Source of the DNA: a virus
Lineage: Duplodnaviria > Caudoviricetes
Virus record (IMG/VR): IMGVR_UViG_3300045257_000499
Span: 1 to 62,479 of that record
DNA length: 62,479 nt
Direction: 5' to 3' (one strand)
Numbering within the stretch: position 1 is the stretch's first letter; each line of letters begins with the position of its first letter. Positions 18,664-27,720 of the stretch are shown here, one piece after another. The notes under the pieces are model-generated. The model did no database searches, was not told where the DNA came from, and saw only the letters and a program-made list of their open reading frames with translations. A program made the position numbers and the translations under genes.

Positions 18664-19419
18664 ATGGCTCAACTCATCGCCGACCTCGGCGCGAACCTTG
18701 CGCTTTACAAGGTGCATGTCGACGAGCTGGTCGAACAAGACATCAACGCTCACGTCATGTCGCCCGAGATGTTCGAGCGGCTGGCGGCGAACGTCAAGAG
18801 GGAGCAGCGACTCGAGCAGCTCCCCTTCACGGTGGCGCGGCCCACCGGCAAGTTCGAGCTTATCAGCGGTCACCACCGCGTGCGCGCCGCGCGCACCGCC
18901 GGCCTGGTCGAAATCTACGTGCTTGCCGACACGCGCGATCTCTCGCGCTCGACGACTGTGGCGAAACAACTGGCGCACAACTCGATCTTCGGCCGCGACG
19001 ATCCGCAGACCCTCGCCAAGCTCTATGACGAACTCGACAGCATCGAAGACATCATGGAGTCCTTCCTCAAGCCCGAGGACTTCGACGACGTGAAGCAGCT
19101 CTCGCGCGCGGAGATCACGGACATTTCGGTTGCGATCCCGTGGAAGCACCTCACGCTGGTGTTCGTCCCGCGCACCATGGACGCGCTCGACCGGATCGAC
19201 GCCTGGGTGAAAAAGACGCCGAAGGAAACCGACACCATCGGCGTGGTGGCGCACGAAATCCTCGAACGCTTCCGCGCCGCAGCGCTCTCGCTCGGCCGCA
19301 CCGAGGACATCCGCTCGCTCGGCGCGATCATGACCCGCATGACCGAGATCGTCGAGGGGCATATCGCAGCAAGCGCTCCGCCCGAGCTGCCGCTCGCTGA
19401 GGAGACGGAGACGGCTTGA
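18664..19419 (+). CDS. ParB/Srx N-terminal domain protein
   Basis: NAHVM, LISGHHRVRAA. Confidence 0.85.
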   Translation: MAQLIADLGANLALYKVHVDELVEQDINAHVMSPEMFERLAANVKREQRLEQLPFTVARPTGKFELISGHHRVRAARTAGLVEIYVLADTRDLSRSTTVAKQLAHNSIFGRDDPQTLAKLYDELDSIEDIMESFLKPEDFDDVKQLSRAEITDISVAIPWKHLTLVFVPRTMDALDRIDAWVKKTPKETDTIGVVAHEILERFRAAALSLGRTEDIRSLGAIMTRMTEIVEGHIAASAPPELPLAEETETA

Positions 19420-19934
19420 TGAACGAGCGGATCATCACCCCCGACGTTCCCAAGCCGCCTAGCTGGCTCGAGGATGACGCCAAGCGCAAGTGGTATGAGC
19501 TGATGGGCTCTATCGATCGCGGCCGTGTACGGGGCGCAGCGCTCGATACCTTGGCATTGTACTGTCAGACATACGCCGCGTGGCGCAAGTCGGCCGAGGC
19601 GCTGCAAACCCAAAGCATCATCCTGAAGGATCAAGCCGGGCGCGTGGTCGCGAACCCGCACGTGCAGGCGCGCGACGCGACGGGAAAGCAGCTCAACGAG
19701 CTCGCGAAGCAGCTCGGCATCCGCCCCGATCACCTGATGGCCAAGGTCACTCCCTGGGAGGATGTGGCGGCCATCCTCGCAGACGACGAAGAAGAAGAAA
19801 ATGACGGAGCAATCCCAGCTCCCGGCGACCACTCCGCCGGAGGACAACAAGCGCCCCGTGCCGATCCGGAGGCCGTTCTGGACCCTGGAGAAGGTCAAGC
19901 CGGTTCTGATCGCGACTGCGGGAAGCGCGGCTGA
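19416..19934 (+). CDS. Terminase small subunit, P27-like
   Basis: PKPPSWL..AKRKW, LALYC..YA.W, NP, LG..P. Confidence 0.8.
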   Translation: MMNERIITPDVPKPPSWLEDDAKRKWYELMGSIDRGRVRGAALDTLALYCQTYAAWRKSAEALQTQSIILKDQAGRVVANPHVQARDATGKQLNELAKQLGIRPDHLMAKVTPWEDVAAILADDEEEENDGAIPAPGDHSAGGQQAPRADPEAVLDPGEGQAGSDRDCGKRG

Positions 19935-20418
19935 GACCGCGCGGCGGCTCGCCAAAGCGTACGGCCGCAAGTGCTCGCGCCAAACGGTCTGGCGTCTGAT
20001 TCAAGACAACCCCGAGCTTCAGCGCATCCTGCAAGAGGTCGACGAAGCCACGCTCGACATCGCCGAGCGCACGATTCGCGACGGCGTGCTCGCCGGCGAC
20101 AAGGACGCCACCCGCTTCTTCCTGATGACGAAGGGAAAGGATCGCGGCTGGACGAAGCGTGTTGAAAGCACTGGCGCGAACGGCGGCCCGCAGCAGCACG
20201 AGCATATCCACAGGGTCGCGCACCAGACTCCACCCGGCTTCCTCGAGAGTCTCTCGCCGGACGAGTTCGAGGCTTACTGGGCTTTGAAAGAAAAAGAAGC
20301 GGCATTCAATGCAGCCCCACCTCAACCAGCCCCAAGCCTACCGGCCCCAGCCGACTCAGGCACCGCTCCCGCGGTCGCACCTGACCGAGATGGAGCTGGT
20401 GAGGACAGAGAGGGCTGA
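19801..20418 (+). CDS. Second small-terminase-like HTH protein
   Basis: HTH then GD..AT.FFL..KGKDRGW..RVE.TG..GGP; immediately precedes TerL. Confidence 0.7.
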   Translation: MTEQSQLPATTPPEDNKRPVPIRRPFWTLEKVKPVLIATAGSAAETARRLAKAYGRKCSRQTVWRLIQDNPELQRILQEVDEATLDIAERTIRDGVLAGDKDATRFFLMTKGKDRGWTKRVESTGANGGPQQHEHIHRVAHQTPPGFLESLSPDEFEAYWALKEKEAAFNAAPPQPAPSLPAPADSGTAPAVAPDRDGAGEDREG

Positions 20419-21952
20419 GCGGAAGCTCAACTTCTTCATCCGTGAAGGCTGGCGCTATGTCGAGCCGGCGGCGTTCTCGTCGAACTGGCACATCGACTGC
20501 ATGTGCGAGCACTATGAGGCGATCGCACTCGGTCAGCTCAAGCGCGTGATTTTCGTGTTGCCGCCGCGGCACATGAAGTCGCTCGGCGGCAACGTGTTCT
20601 TTCCGCCGTGGGTCTGGGCGCAGGACCCGGAGCGCCATCCGATCAAACGGGAGCTGATGAATCACGGCTTCCAGGTCACCCCCGGGATGTTCCGCGGCCC
20701 CGGCGTCAAGTTCGCCTACCTCTCCTATGCCCAAGATCTCTCCAACGAGCATTCGGTCAAATCTCGCCAGCTGATCGACTCGTCCTGGTATCAGGAGCGC
20801 TGGGGGCATCGCTTCAAGCTGCGCGACGACTCCAATCGCATCACACGCTTCGACACCATCGAGGGCGGCCACCGCCTGGCGCTGGCGTTCGGCGGCAAGA
20901 TCACCGGCTTCGGCGCCGACATCATCAACATCGACGACGCGCACAACATCAAGGACGTCGAGTCCGATCCGGTGCGCGAGGAAGTGCTCCGCGTCTGGGA
21001 CGAGGTGCTACCCACGCGTTTGAACGATCCGAAGACCGGCGTCTTCATCGTCTCGATGCAGCGGTCGCACCCGCGAGACCTCATCGGCCATATCCTGGCG
21101 AAGGACGGTGCCTATCACTTGGTCGACGTCTCCGAGCGCAAGAGTTGGACTGTGGTGTGCTTGCCGGCGCGCTACGAGCCGGACCACCCGACGCCGTTGC
21201 GCACCCTCACGGTCAACTCGAAGACCGGGCATCCGTGGCAGGACCCGCGCGCGCCCGGCGAACCGTTGTGGCAAGAGCGGTTCCCCGATGACGTGCTCGC
21301 CGACTGGTTCAAGAGCATGACGTCGCACGCCGCGGCCGGGCAGCTCCAGCAGCGTCCGACCGCTCGTGAAGGCGGCATGTTCAAGAAACACTGGTGGGGC
21401 GCGCCGGTCACGGCTGCGCCGGCGGCGGCTTCGTTCAACCGCGTGCGCGCCTGGGACTTGGCGGGCACGGAGGAATCAAACAAGGCGGACCCGGATTGGA
21501 CGGTCGGCGCACTCATGTCACGCGATCCGACCACCAACATCATCTACATCGAGGACGTGATTCGCTTCCGCGGCACGCCCGGCGAGGTCGAGAAAAACAT
21601 CCTCGCCGCGGCCGGGCGCGATACGCGCGCAACCCGCATCCGCCTTCCTCGCGATCCCGGACAGGCCGGCAAGTTTCAGGTTGCGCATCTCGCCGGCAAG
21701 CTCGCCGGCTGGATCGTGCATCCGGAGTCGGAATCGCAGGGCAAGACGGTGCGCGCCGAGCCCTACGCGGCGCAAGTCGAGGCCGGAAACGTCAGGCTCG
21801 TGGCGGGTCCGTGGAATGAGGAGTTCGTCAACGAGCACGCGGCGTTCCCCAACGCACATCACGACGACCAAGTTGACGCGTCGAGCGGCGGCTTCCGTGT
21901 CCTGTGTTCGATCCCGCAGCAAACTCTCACCGGAACCATGAGTCAGCACTAA
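20309..21952 (+). CDS. Terminase large subunit (start may be 20390)
   Basis: LPPRHMKS Walker A, INIDD Walker B, MQR, RAWDLA, HDDQVD. Confidence 0.93.
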   Translation: MQPHLNQPQAYRPQPTQAPLPRSHLTEMELVRTERAERKLNFFIREGWRYVEPAAFSSNWHIDCMCEHYEAIALGQLKRVIFVLPPRHMKSLGGNVFFPPWVWAQDPERHPIKRELMNHGFQVTPGMFRGPGVKFAYLSYAQDLSNEHSVKSRQLIDSSWYQERWGHRFKLRDDSNRITRFDTIEGGHRLALAFGGKITGFGADIINIDDAHNIKDVESDPVREEVLRVWDEVLPTRLNDPKTGVFIVSMQRSHPRDLIGHILAKDGAYHLVDVSERKSWTVVCLPARYEPDHPTPLRTLTVNSKTGHPWQDPRAPGEPLWQERFPDDVLADWFKSMTSHAAAGQLQQRPTAREGGMFKKHWWGAPVTAAPAAASFNRVRAWDLAGTEESNKADPDWTVGALMSRDPTTNIIYIEDVIRFRGTPGEVEKNILAAAGRDTRATRIRLPRDPGQAGKFQVAHLAGKLAGWIVHPESESQGKTVRAEPYAAQVEAGNVRLVAGPWNEEFVNEHAAFPNAHHDDQVDASSGGFRVLCSIPQQTLTGTMSQH

Positions 21953-21962
21953 GAACAAGAAG

Positions 21963-23612
21963 ATGAAAAGAACTCGCAAGGTCAGCAAGCGTGACGGCGT
22001 CAAGAACGTCACCCCGGTCCAGGGACCATTCGCGCAAGTGGCGGGCGACAAGCTCGTCGAGCTCGGCGGCGATCCCTCCGTCCCGTCGCTCGCCTGCGTC
22101 GCGGCGCTGCCGGATTGGAGTTTGATTCGCGACATCCTCGGCGGTGCGCGCACGATCCGGCTCGCCGGCGAAAAGTATCTCCCCAAGTTCCCGAACGAGA
22201 GCGACAAGGACTACGACTTCCGTGTTCGGTTTGCTCCGTTCGTCAATCACTTCAAGGACAGCGTCGGGACGGTCGCGTCGAAACCGTTCTCCAAGGAAGT
22301 GTCGTTACAGGGCAACGTCACGGAAGAAATGAAGGAGGTCGCTGAGGACATCGACGGGCACGGCACTTCGCTGCACAAGTTCGCGCGCGACGTTTACGAA
22401 GAATCAGTGGGCTTCGGCGTTACCGGCATCCTGGTGGATTTCCCCCAGCTCACGCAGGGTATGACGCTGGAGGACGAGCGCCGGCTCGCGCCGCGCCCAT
22501 ATTGGGTGTGGTATCGCCCGGAGGACATCATCGCGATGTTCACGGAGTTCCGGGCAGGCCGGCGCTATGTGACGCACGTGCGCCTGCGCGAGGACGCGGT
22601 ACGCCGCATGGGCTTTACCGAGCGCCAAGTGAAGCGCGTGCGCGTGCTCGACGATGACGGGCAGGGCACCATCACCTGGGCGCTGTGGGAGATGGCCGGT
22701 ACCGGCTGGAACCTGCTGGGGCAAGGCCCGATCACCCTCGACGAAATCCCGTTCCGCCTCGTCAAGTTCGGCAGGCGCGAGTGGTGGACGAATCACACCA
22801 TCCCGCCGATGGTCGATCTCGCGCATCTCCAGATCGAGCACTATCAGCAGAGCTCGAACCTCAAGCACGTGCTCAACCTCACCGGCTTCCCGATGCTCAC
22901 GGGCGATGGCGTGCAGGCGCCGGTGGACAAGGATGGGAACCCGCAGAGCATCAAGGTGGGTCCGCACGTCGTGTTGTTTGCCCCGCCCATGCCTGGGATG
23001 ACCACGTTCCCGCAGTGGCGCTTCATCGAACCGACAGCGCAGAGCATCAAGGCGCTCCAGGATCAGATCGAGAAGATCGAAACGCAGATGGCGAAGATCG
23101 GCATGCTGCCGCTGATTCGCAACAAGGGCGGCATCACCGCGACGACCGAGGCGACCAACTCGGCGAAGGCGCATGCGTCCGCGGAAGCCTGGGCCTCGGA
23201 CGAAAAGGACATGCTCGAGCAGTGCTTCGTCTTCACGGCGAAGTGGCTCAGGCAGAACCCGAAGACCGCTCCCGAGGTCTATATCCACACCGACTTCGGC
23301 GTGGAGTTGCGTGAAAACGCCGAAAACACCGAGCTCATGTCCGGCGCCAAGATCGGCGCCATCTCGCGCAGGACGCTGTGGAACGAGTGGCAGCGCCGCG
23401 GCTTCCTCGGCCCGCAGTTCGACCCGGAGGAGGAGGAGAAGCAGCTCGCGAAGGAACGCAAGGACGGCGTCGATCTCAATCCCGACCTCACGGCCAAGAT
23501 CGTCGGCCGCAACGCGAGCGGCAATACCTGGGATGCCCGGCCGAGCAAAGACTCCGGCGCGGCGGGCGACGTCGAAAGCCAGCGCAAAGACCGCGCACTC
23601 GCGTCCGCGTGA
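21963..23612 (+). CDS. Portal protein (DUF4055-like)
   Basis: Follows TerL; YLPKFP.E...Y..R, ILVD.P, RPYWV motifs. Confidence 0.88.
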   Translation: MKRTRKVSKRDGVKNVTPVQGPFAQVAGDKLVELGGDPSVPSLACVAALPDWSLIRDILGGARTIRLAGEKYLPKFPNESDKDYDFRVRFAPFVNHFKDSVGTVASKPFSKEVSLQGNVTEEMKEVAEDIDGHGTSLHKFARDVYEESVGFGVTGILVDFPQLTQGMTLEDERRLAPRPYWVWYRPEDIIAMFTEFRAGRRYVTHVRLREDAVRRMGFTERQVKRVRVLDDDGQGTITWALWEMAGTGWNLLGQGPITLDEIPFRLVKFGRREWWTNHTIPPMVDLAHLQIEHYQQSSNLKHVLNLTGFPMLTGDGVQAPVDKDGNPQSIKVGPHVVLFAPPMPGMTTFPQWRFIEPTAQSIKALQDQIEKIETQMAKIGMLPLIRNKGGITATTEATNSAKAHASAEAWASDEKDMLEQCFVFTAKWLRQNPKTAPEVYIHTDFGVELRENAENTELMSGAKIGAISRRTLWNEWQRRGFLGPQFDPEEEEKQLAKERKDGVDLNPDLTAKIVGRNASGNTWDARPSKDSGAAGDVESQRKDRALASA

Positions 23613-23732
23613 TAAAGGTAACTCGGTGGGGATTGTGCCGGTCGGGCTGATCGGGCTAAAGACGAGTCACAGTCGACGCATTGCACCTGAGGGCCGGCCC
23701 GTGGCGCTACCGCGCTGCGGGCCGCGCCGCTT

Positions 23733-23990
23733 TCAGGCCACAAGCGTCAGGCGCGGTGCTTCGGCATCGAGCTGCTCGACACAGTCGGCGACCTCCTGGT
23801 CGGGCGGGATGATGTAGATGCAGTTGTCTGTGCCCGCGAGGCCCGGAAAGGCGCGATCAAGCTTGATGTGAGTTTGACCGATCGTCGGGTCGCTGAGTAT
23901 GACCGTACCGCGTTCTCCTGGGGGAATGGTTGTTTCCTGGTTGAATTTCAACGCACGAGTAACGTGCACGCGTTGACCGACGCGTAACAT
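23733..23990 (-). CDS. Counter-oriented moron-like small protein
   Basis: MLRVGQRV..., AAGGA RBS, AT-richer. Confidence 0.6.
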   Translation of the reverse strand: MLRVGQRVHVTRALKFNQETTIPPGERGTVILSDPTIGQTHIKLDRAFPGLAGTDNCIYIIPPDQEVADCVEQLDAEAPRLTLVA

Positions 23991-24292
23991 CGCGGTTCCT
24001 TGTTTTGCTTCGCTGTCGCGCCCGGGCTTTTTCAAGCAACGCGGCGCCATGTTGTCAACATTCGGTTGGTCGATTTTCGCCGTCTGCGCCTAAATGATTA
24101 GCGGTATTGCTTATGGCTCATAACGGACAAGGCCAGCTCCTCTGCGCGAGCGCGAACAAGGCACAATACAACGGTATGTGATCCGCTGTGTCGTGCATGG
24201 GCTGGTCATGTGATTGAGAGGCCGACATGGGGACCACCGTTTCCACGTCGGCCTCATCGTCACTTGACGCAACGAGAGGGGCCGCGACGATC

Positions 24293-24634
24293 ATGCCGAA
24301 GACGGTCGTGCGCGGTAATCGGGTGACGATCACGGTAACCTTCCGAGACTACGACGGAAGCGTTCTCGTGGTCTCGGCCGCGAACCTGACGCTGTCCTAC
24401 GACAAGCTGGGGCGCACGCATAAGGACACCGTCGCGCTGGTCGCTGGGGCGAACAATTCCTGGTCATACGAGTTCGACACCGCCAATTGCGGTTCCGGCG
24501 AGGTATTTTGGTCCGCTCGCGCGGTCGACCCGACCGCAGCCGAGGACGGCTGTTTCGTGGTGCGGGCGAACCAAGCGAATCCGTCGCCGACCATGGCGAG
24601 CACGCTCAACGACGGAGACATCCTCAATGGCTAA
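24293..24634 (+). CDS. Beta-rich putative virion protein; paralog of 34271..34585
   Basis: GAGG RBS; aligns by eye with 34271 product. Confidence 0.65.
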   Translation: MPKTVVRGNRVTITVTFRDYDGSVLVVSAANLTLSYDKLGRTHKDTVALVAGANNSWSYEFDTANCGSGEVFWSARAVDPTAAEDGCFVVRANQANPSPTMASTLNDGDILNG

Positions 24635-24689
24635 GGCATCCGGACCGCGCCATCCCTCGTCCTGATTTTGTATGCAACTTCGGGCAGAA

Positions 24690-25070
24690 TGAATCCCGTG
24701 CTCGCTCCGGGGGAATCGCTGGGCGCGAGGCTTGAAGGCTCCGGCGGAGGGGCCGTCGTTTCCGACGCGATGAGATCGGACAGCCGAGTGAAAGATCGGC
24801 GCAACCAACCTCTCAGAAAACGGGGCCTGCCGAAAACGCCGACGCGGATGTCGGCGCTGCCCGATCCCGGATAGGCGGGCCCCCATAAATAGCGTTGATC
24901 CGACCCGCGTGTGAGCATCGGGGCGGGGAGCATGAAGACTCACCTCGGGCGCGGCCTGCTTGTAGGGACGCCGCCGCGCCCGCCAGTTTCAGTCGCGAGC
25001 ACGGATGTACTGCCGCGGCGGTCGTGTCTGCTGGCTGCGTGCGTGGCCGGGCTGACACGACTTTCTCTTT
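24690..25070 (+). ncRNA. Large structured ncRNA candidate ending in a terminator-like hairpin
   Basis: 10-bp closing stem 24696-24705/24995-25004 around at least 6 helices; hairpin 25021-25061 plus T-run. Confidence 0.6.
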
Positions 25071-25088
25071 TCGCAGGGTGACCGGCGC

Positions 25089-25280
25089 ATGGCGAGCCTC
25101 TTGATCTACGTCGCTCTGGTGGTTGCCCTGATCGCGTGCCTCGCTTTCGCCGGTCACTGGGCCGTTGGCCTCGGACTCGGCGTCATCCTCATGTTGTTGG
25201 CGGCCATGCCGACCGGCAAGCTGGGCGGGTCCGGAATGTTTGATGTTGAGCTGGCGCCAGGACAGAAGCCCTGGTTCTGA
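25089..25280 (+). CDS. Small membrane protein
   Basis: Two hydrophobic segments. Confidence 0.5.
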   Translation: MASLLIYVALVVALIACLAFAGHWAVGLGLGVILMLLAAMPTGKLGGSGMFDVELAPGQKPWF

Positions 25281-25299
25281 CAGCTCTCCGGGCTCCATC

Positions 25300-25389
25300 G
25301 GAGAGATGGGCGAGAGGCTGATGCCGGCTGTCTCGAAAACAGCAAGACCGTAACGGGTCTCGTAGGTTCGAATCCTACTCTCTCCGCCA
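25300..25389 (+). tRNA. tRNA-Ser(CGA)
   Basis: GCTGT-CTCGAAA-ACAGC, long variable arm, GGTTCGAATCC, G-CCA. Confidence 0.95.
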
Positions 25390-25393
25390 AAAC

Positions 25394-25436
25394 ATACGCG
25401 CAAGCGTATATCTCCAAAAAATACGCGAAAGCGTAT
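25394..25436 (+). repeat. Tandem GNRA hairpins ATACGC-G(C/A)AA-GCGTAT x2
   Basis: Direct repeat, each a perfect 6-bp stem. Confidence 0.8.
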
Positions 25437-25518
25437 GCGTGAACGGAGTGCGCCATGAAAGACGTTGTCGCGCGGCGCCGTAGAAATCCTCGTCAAAGCA
25501 CTCAGGGAGTACCACACC

Positions 25519-25866
25519 ATGTCCAGCGCTGCCACCGAAGCTCTCCGCGCCGAAGTCGCGGAGGTGAAAGCCACCGACGCAGCGGTGCTTGCGCTCGTGC
25601 AGGCGCAGTCCGCGACCATCGCCGATCTGACCGCCAGGTTCGCGGACGTGAGCGCGAAGCTCGCGAGCGCTGCGCCCGACGAGTCGGCCGAGATCGCCGC
25701 GCTCGCCGCCGAGCTCAAGGCGTCCAACGACCAGCTCAAGGCCGTGCTGCCGGCTCCGGCGCCTGCGGCTCCGGCCGCCCCCGCTCCGGCTTCGGTCGAT
25801 CCCGCCGTCGAGGCGCCGGCTTCGGCTTCGGCGCCGGCTTCCGCGCCGGCTCCCGCGGCGCAGTAA
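25519..25866 (+). CDS. Coiled-coil protein with Ala/Pro-rich tail
   Basis: GGGAG RBS, MSSAATEAL... Confidence 0.65.
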   Translation: MSSAATEALRAEVAEVKATDAAVLALVQAQSATIADLTARFADVSAKLASAAPDESAEIAALAAELKASNDQLKAVLPAPAPAAPAAPAPASVDPAVEAPASASAPASAPAPAAQ

Positions 25867-25883
25867 CGCGATCGGACTGCACG

Positions 25884-26351
25884 ATGATAGAGGGCATCGT
25901 CGGCAATTCGGGGCGCATGCGCGCCGGGTTCTTCGGCGCGATTGGCGGCGCGGCCGCCATGTGCGCGGTGATGCTTCTTCTGGGCTCGGCGCCGTCGTCG
26001 CAGGACGATGGCCCCGACCCGGAGGGCGCCGCGCTGGTGGCTCCGACCATGTCGATTCCACCGGAGAGCGCGCCCGGCTTTGTGGCGCCCGCGCCATCTC
26101 CGGCCCCGATCCAGCCTGCTTCCGCTCCCGCCCCGGCCCCCGCGCCAGCGCTGACTCCGCCACCGCCGCTGCCCGTGCCGAAGCCGCATCATGTGAGACC
26201 GAAGCTTCCGGCCAAGCCGAAGCCGAAGACGAAGCCTCACCCTCATCCTCTACCCAAAGGACCGGCGCGCGCGCCGGCCGCGAAGAAACCGGCTCCCGCC
26301 CCGGTGAAGCCTGCGCAGCAGCCCTGCCATTTTTTCTGCAACACGAGCTGA
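25884..26351 (+). CDS. Pro-rich exported protein
   Basis: Hydrophobic N-terminus, PA/PK repeats. Confidence 0.55.
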   Translation: MIEGIVGNSGRMRAGFFGAIGGAAAMCAVMLLLGSAPSSQDDGPDPEGAALVAPTMSIPPESAPGFVAPAPSPAPIQPASAPAPAPAPALTPPPPLPVPKPHHVRPKLPAKPKPKTKPHPHPLPKGPARAPAAKKPAPAPVKPAQQPCHFFCNTS

Positions 26352-26354
26352 CCC

Positions 26355-27077
26355 ATGTCGAAGGCAACGATTGTCATTGTCGGCGCCGACAAGGGCGGCA
26401 CCGGCAAGACCACGGTGACGCGCGCGCTGCTTGATTTCCTCGACGCGCACCGCGTCGTCTATCGCGCCTTCGACACGGAGTCGCCGGCCGGCGACCTCGT
26501 GCGCTTTGCGACGAAGGCCAAAGTCATCGACATCAGCAAGGTGCAGTCGCAGATGGAAGTGTTCGATGGCGCGAATGCGTCGGTCGTCACTGTCGTCGAC
26601 CTGCGGGCCGGCATGCTGTCGGAGACCATCAAGGCGCTCGAGGAGGCTTGCCTGCTTGAGGACGTGCGCGCCGGCGACATGAACCTGGTGCTCCTGCACG
26701 TGCTGGGCCCGACCATCTCCTCGCTCGGCGAGATCACCTCGGTCGTTGAGCGGATCGGCGGTGGCGCTCGCCACCTCCTGGTGAAGAACCACATCAACGA
26801 CACGACGTTCTTCGAGTGGGACGCTGCGGGCTCCCCGCTGCGCAGCATGAACGACGTGACGATCAACGTGCCGCAGCTCGTCGAGATCGCCTGCGAGGCG
26901 GTCCAGAAGGTCGGCGGCACTTTCGTCGATTTCACGAAGAATGCGACGCAATCCCGATTGCTTCGGGGCCGCGTCAAAACGTGGGTCGAAGCTGTGTGGG
27001 TGGAGTTCTCCCGCGTCGGCATCCTCTCGCCTGCGCCGGCCGGCGTGCCGGCCGACGTTGAGGCCCCGCACGCTTAA
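26355..27077 (+). CDS. ParA/MinD-like P-loop NTPase
   Basis: DKGGTGKT deviant Walker A, FDTE, VVD. Confidence 0.8.
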   Translation: MSKATIVIVGADKGGTGKTTVTRALLDFLDAHRVVYRAFDTESPAGDLVRFATKAKVIDISKVQSQMEVFDGANASVVTVVDLRAGMLSETIKALEEACLLEDVRAGDMNLVLLHVLGPTISSLGEITSVVERIGGGARHLLVKNHINDTTFFEWDAAGSPLRSMNDVTINVPQLVEIACEAVQKVGGTFVDFTKNATQSRLLRGRVKTWVEAVWVEFSRVGILSPAPAGVPADVEAPHA

Positions 27078-27154
27078 AGCAGGGTAGAGCAGCCTGGTAG
27101 CTCGTCTGGCTCATAACCAGAAGGTCGCCGGTTCAAATCCGGTCCCTGCAACCA
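27078..27154 (+). tRNA. tRNA-Met(CAT), initiator-like
   Basis: fMet-like body, A1:A72 mismatch, CTCATAA loop, ACCA end. Confidence 0.93.
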
Positions 27155-27170
27155 ACATGCGGAGAGCCAC

Positions 27171-27713
27171 ATGCTCACGTCAGATCGTGAGCTGTGGCTC
27201 ACCTATTTTTTCAAGCTGACGCGCCGCGAATACTTCGCCGACTTCTTCATCACTCCTCCCATCACATTGGCCCTCGCAATCTTCTCGGTCACCGCGAGCT
27301 TCTCGTGGCTGTGGCCGGTTACGTTTGTCGGTGGCCTGCTTTTCTGGACGCTGTGGGAGTACGCGACGCATCGCTGGATTAGCCACCGCTGGTGGATCTT
27401 ACGCGAGGCTCACTGGCTGCATCACAAGCGCCAGAAAGACTACATCGCGATTCATCCCGCAGTCACGCTTGGGCTCTATGCGGTGTTCTGGCTGTTGTTC
27501 GGCATCCAGAGCAGCGCCTTCATGATCGGCTTTTCGTGTGGGTACATCGCCTACGCGACTCTGCACACGATGTTCCATTACGCCGCGATCCGCGGCGACT
27601 CGTGGCTGTGGACGCTCAAGCGTCACCACGCGCTTCATCACCGTTTTCACGACGTGAACTTCGGTGTTGTCACGACCTTCTGGGATCGCGTCCTGCGCAC
27701 GCACGTCGTGTAA
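27171..27713 (+). CDS. Fatty acid hydroxylase / sterol desaturase family protein
   Basis: His boxes HRWISH, HWLHH, HTMFH, HHALHH; NFGV...WDR. Confidence 0.88.
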   Translation: MLTSDRELWLTYFFKLTRREYFADFFITPPITLALAIFSVTASFSWLWPVTFVGGLLFWTLWEYATHRWISHRWWILREAHWLHHKRQKDYIAIHPAVTLGLYAVFWLLFGIQSSAFMIGFSCGYIAYATLHTMFHYAAIRGDSWLWTLKRHHALHHRFHDVNFGVVTTFWDRVLRTHVV

Positions 27714-27720
27714 ATCCGAT

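Noticed and set aside
24690-25070. RNase P RNA, tmRNA, cobalamin riboswitch or self-splicing intron
   Set aside because: Diagnostic motifs (GAGGAAAGUCC, tag peptide with tRNA-like ends, B12 box, domain V) not found by eye
24813-26246. 477-aa minus-strand ORF
   Set aside because: Runs antisense across tRNA-Ser and Ala/Pro-rich genes; low complexity
18664-27077. ParA and ParB as a plasmid partition system
   Set aside because: 7 kb apart; ParB lacks an evident HTH and sits with the terminase; no parS array or rep gene
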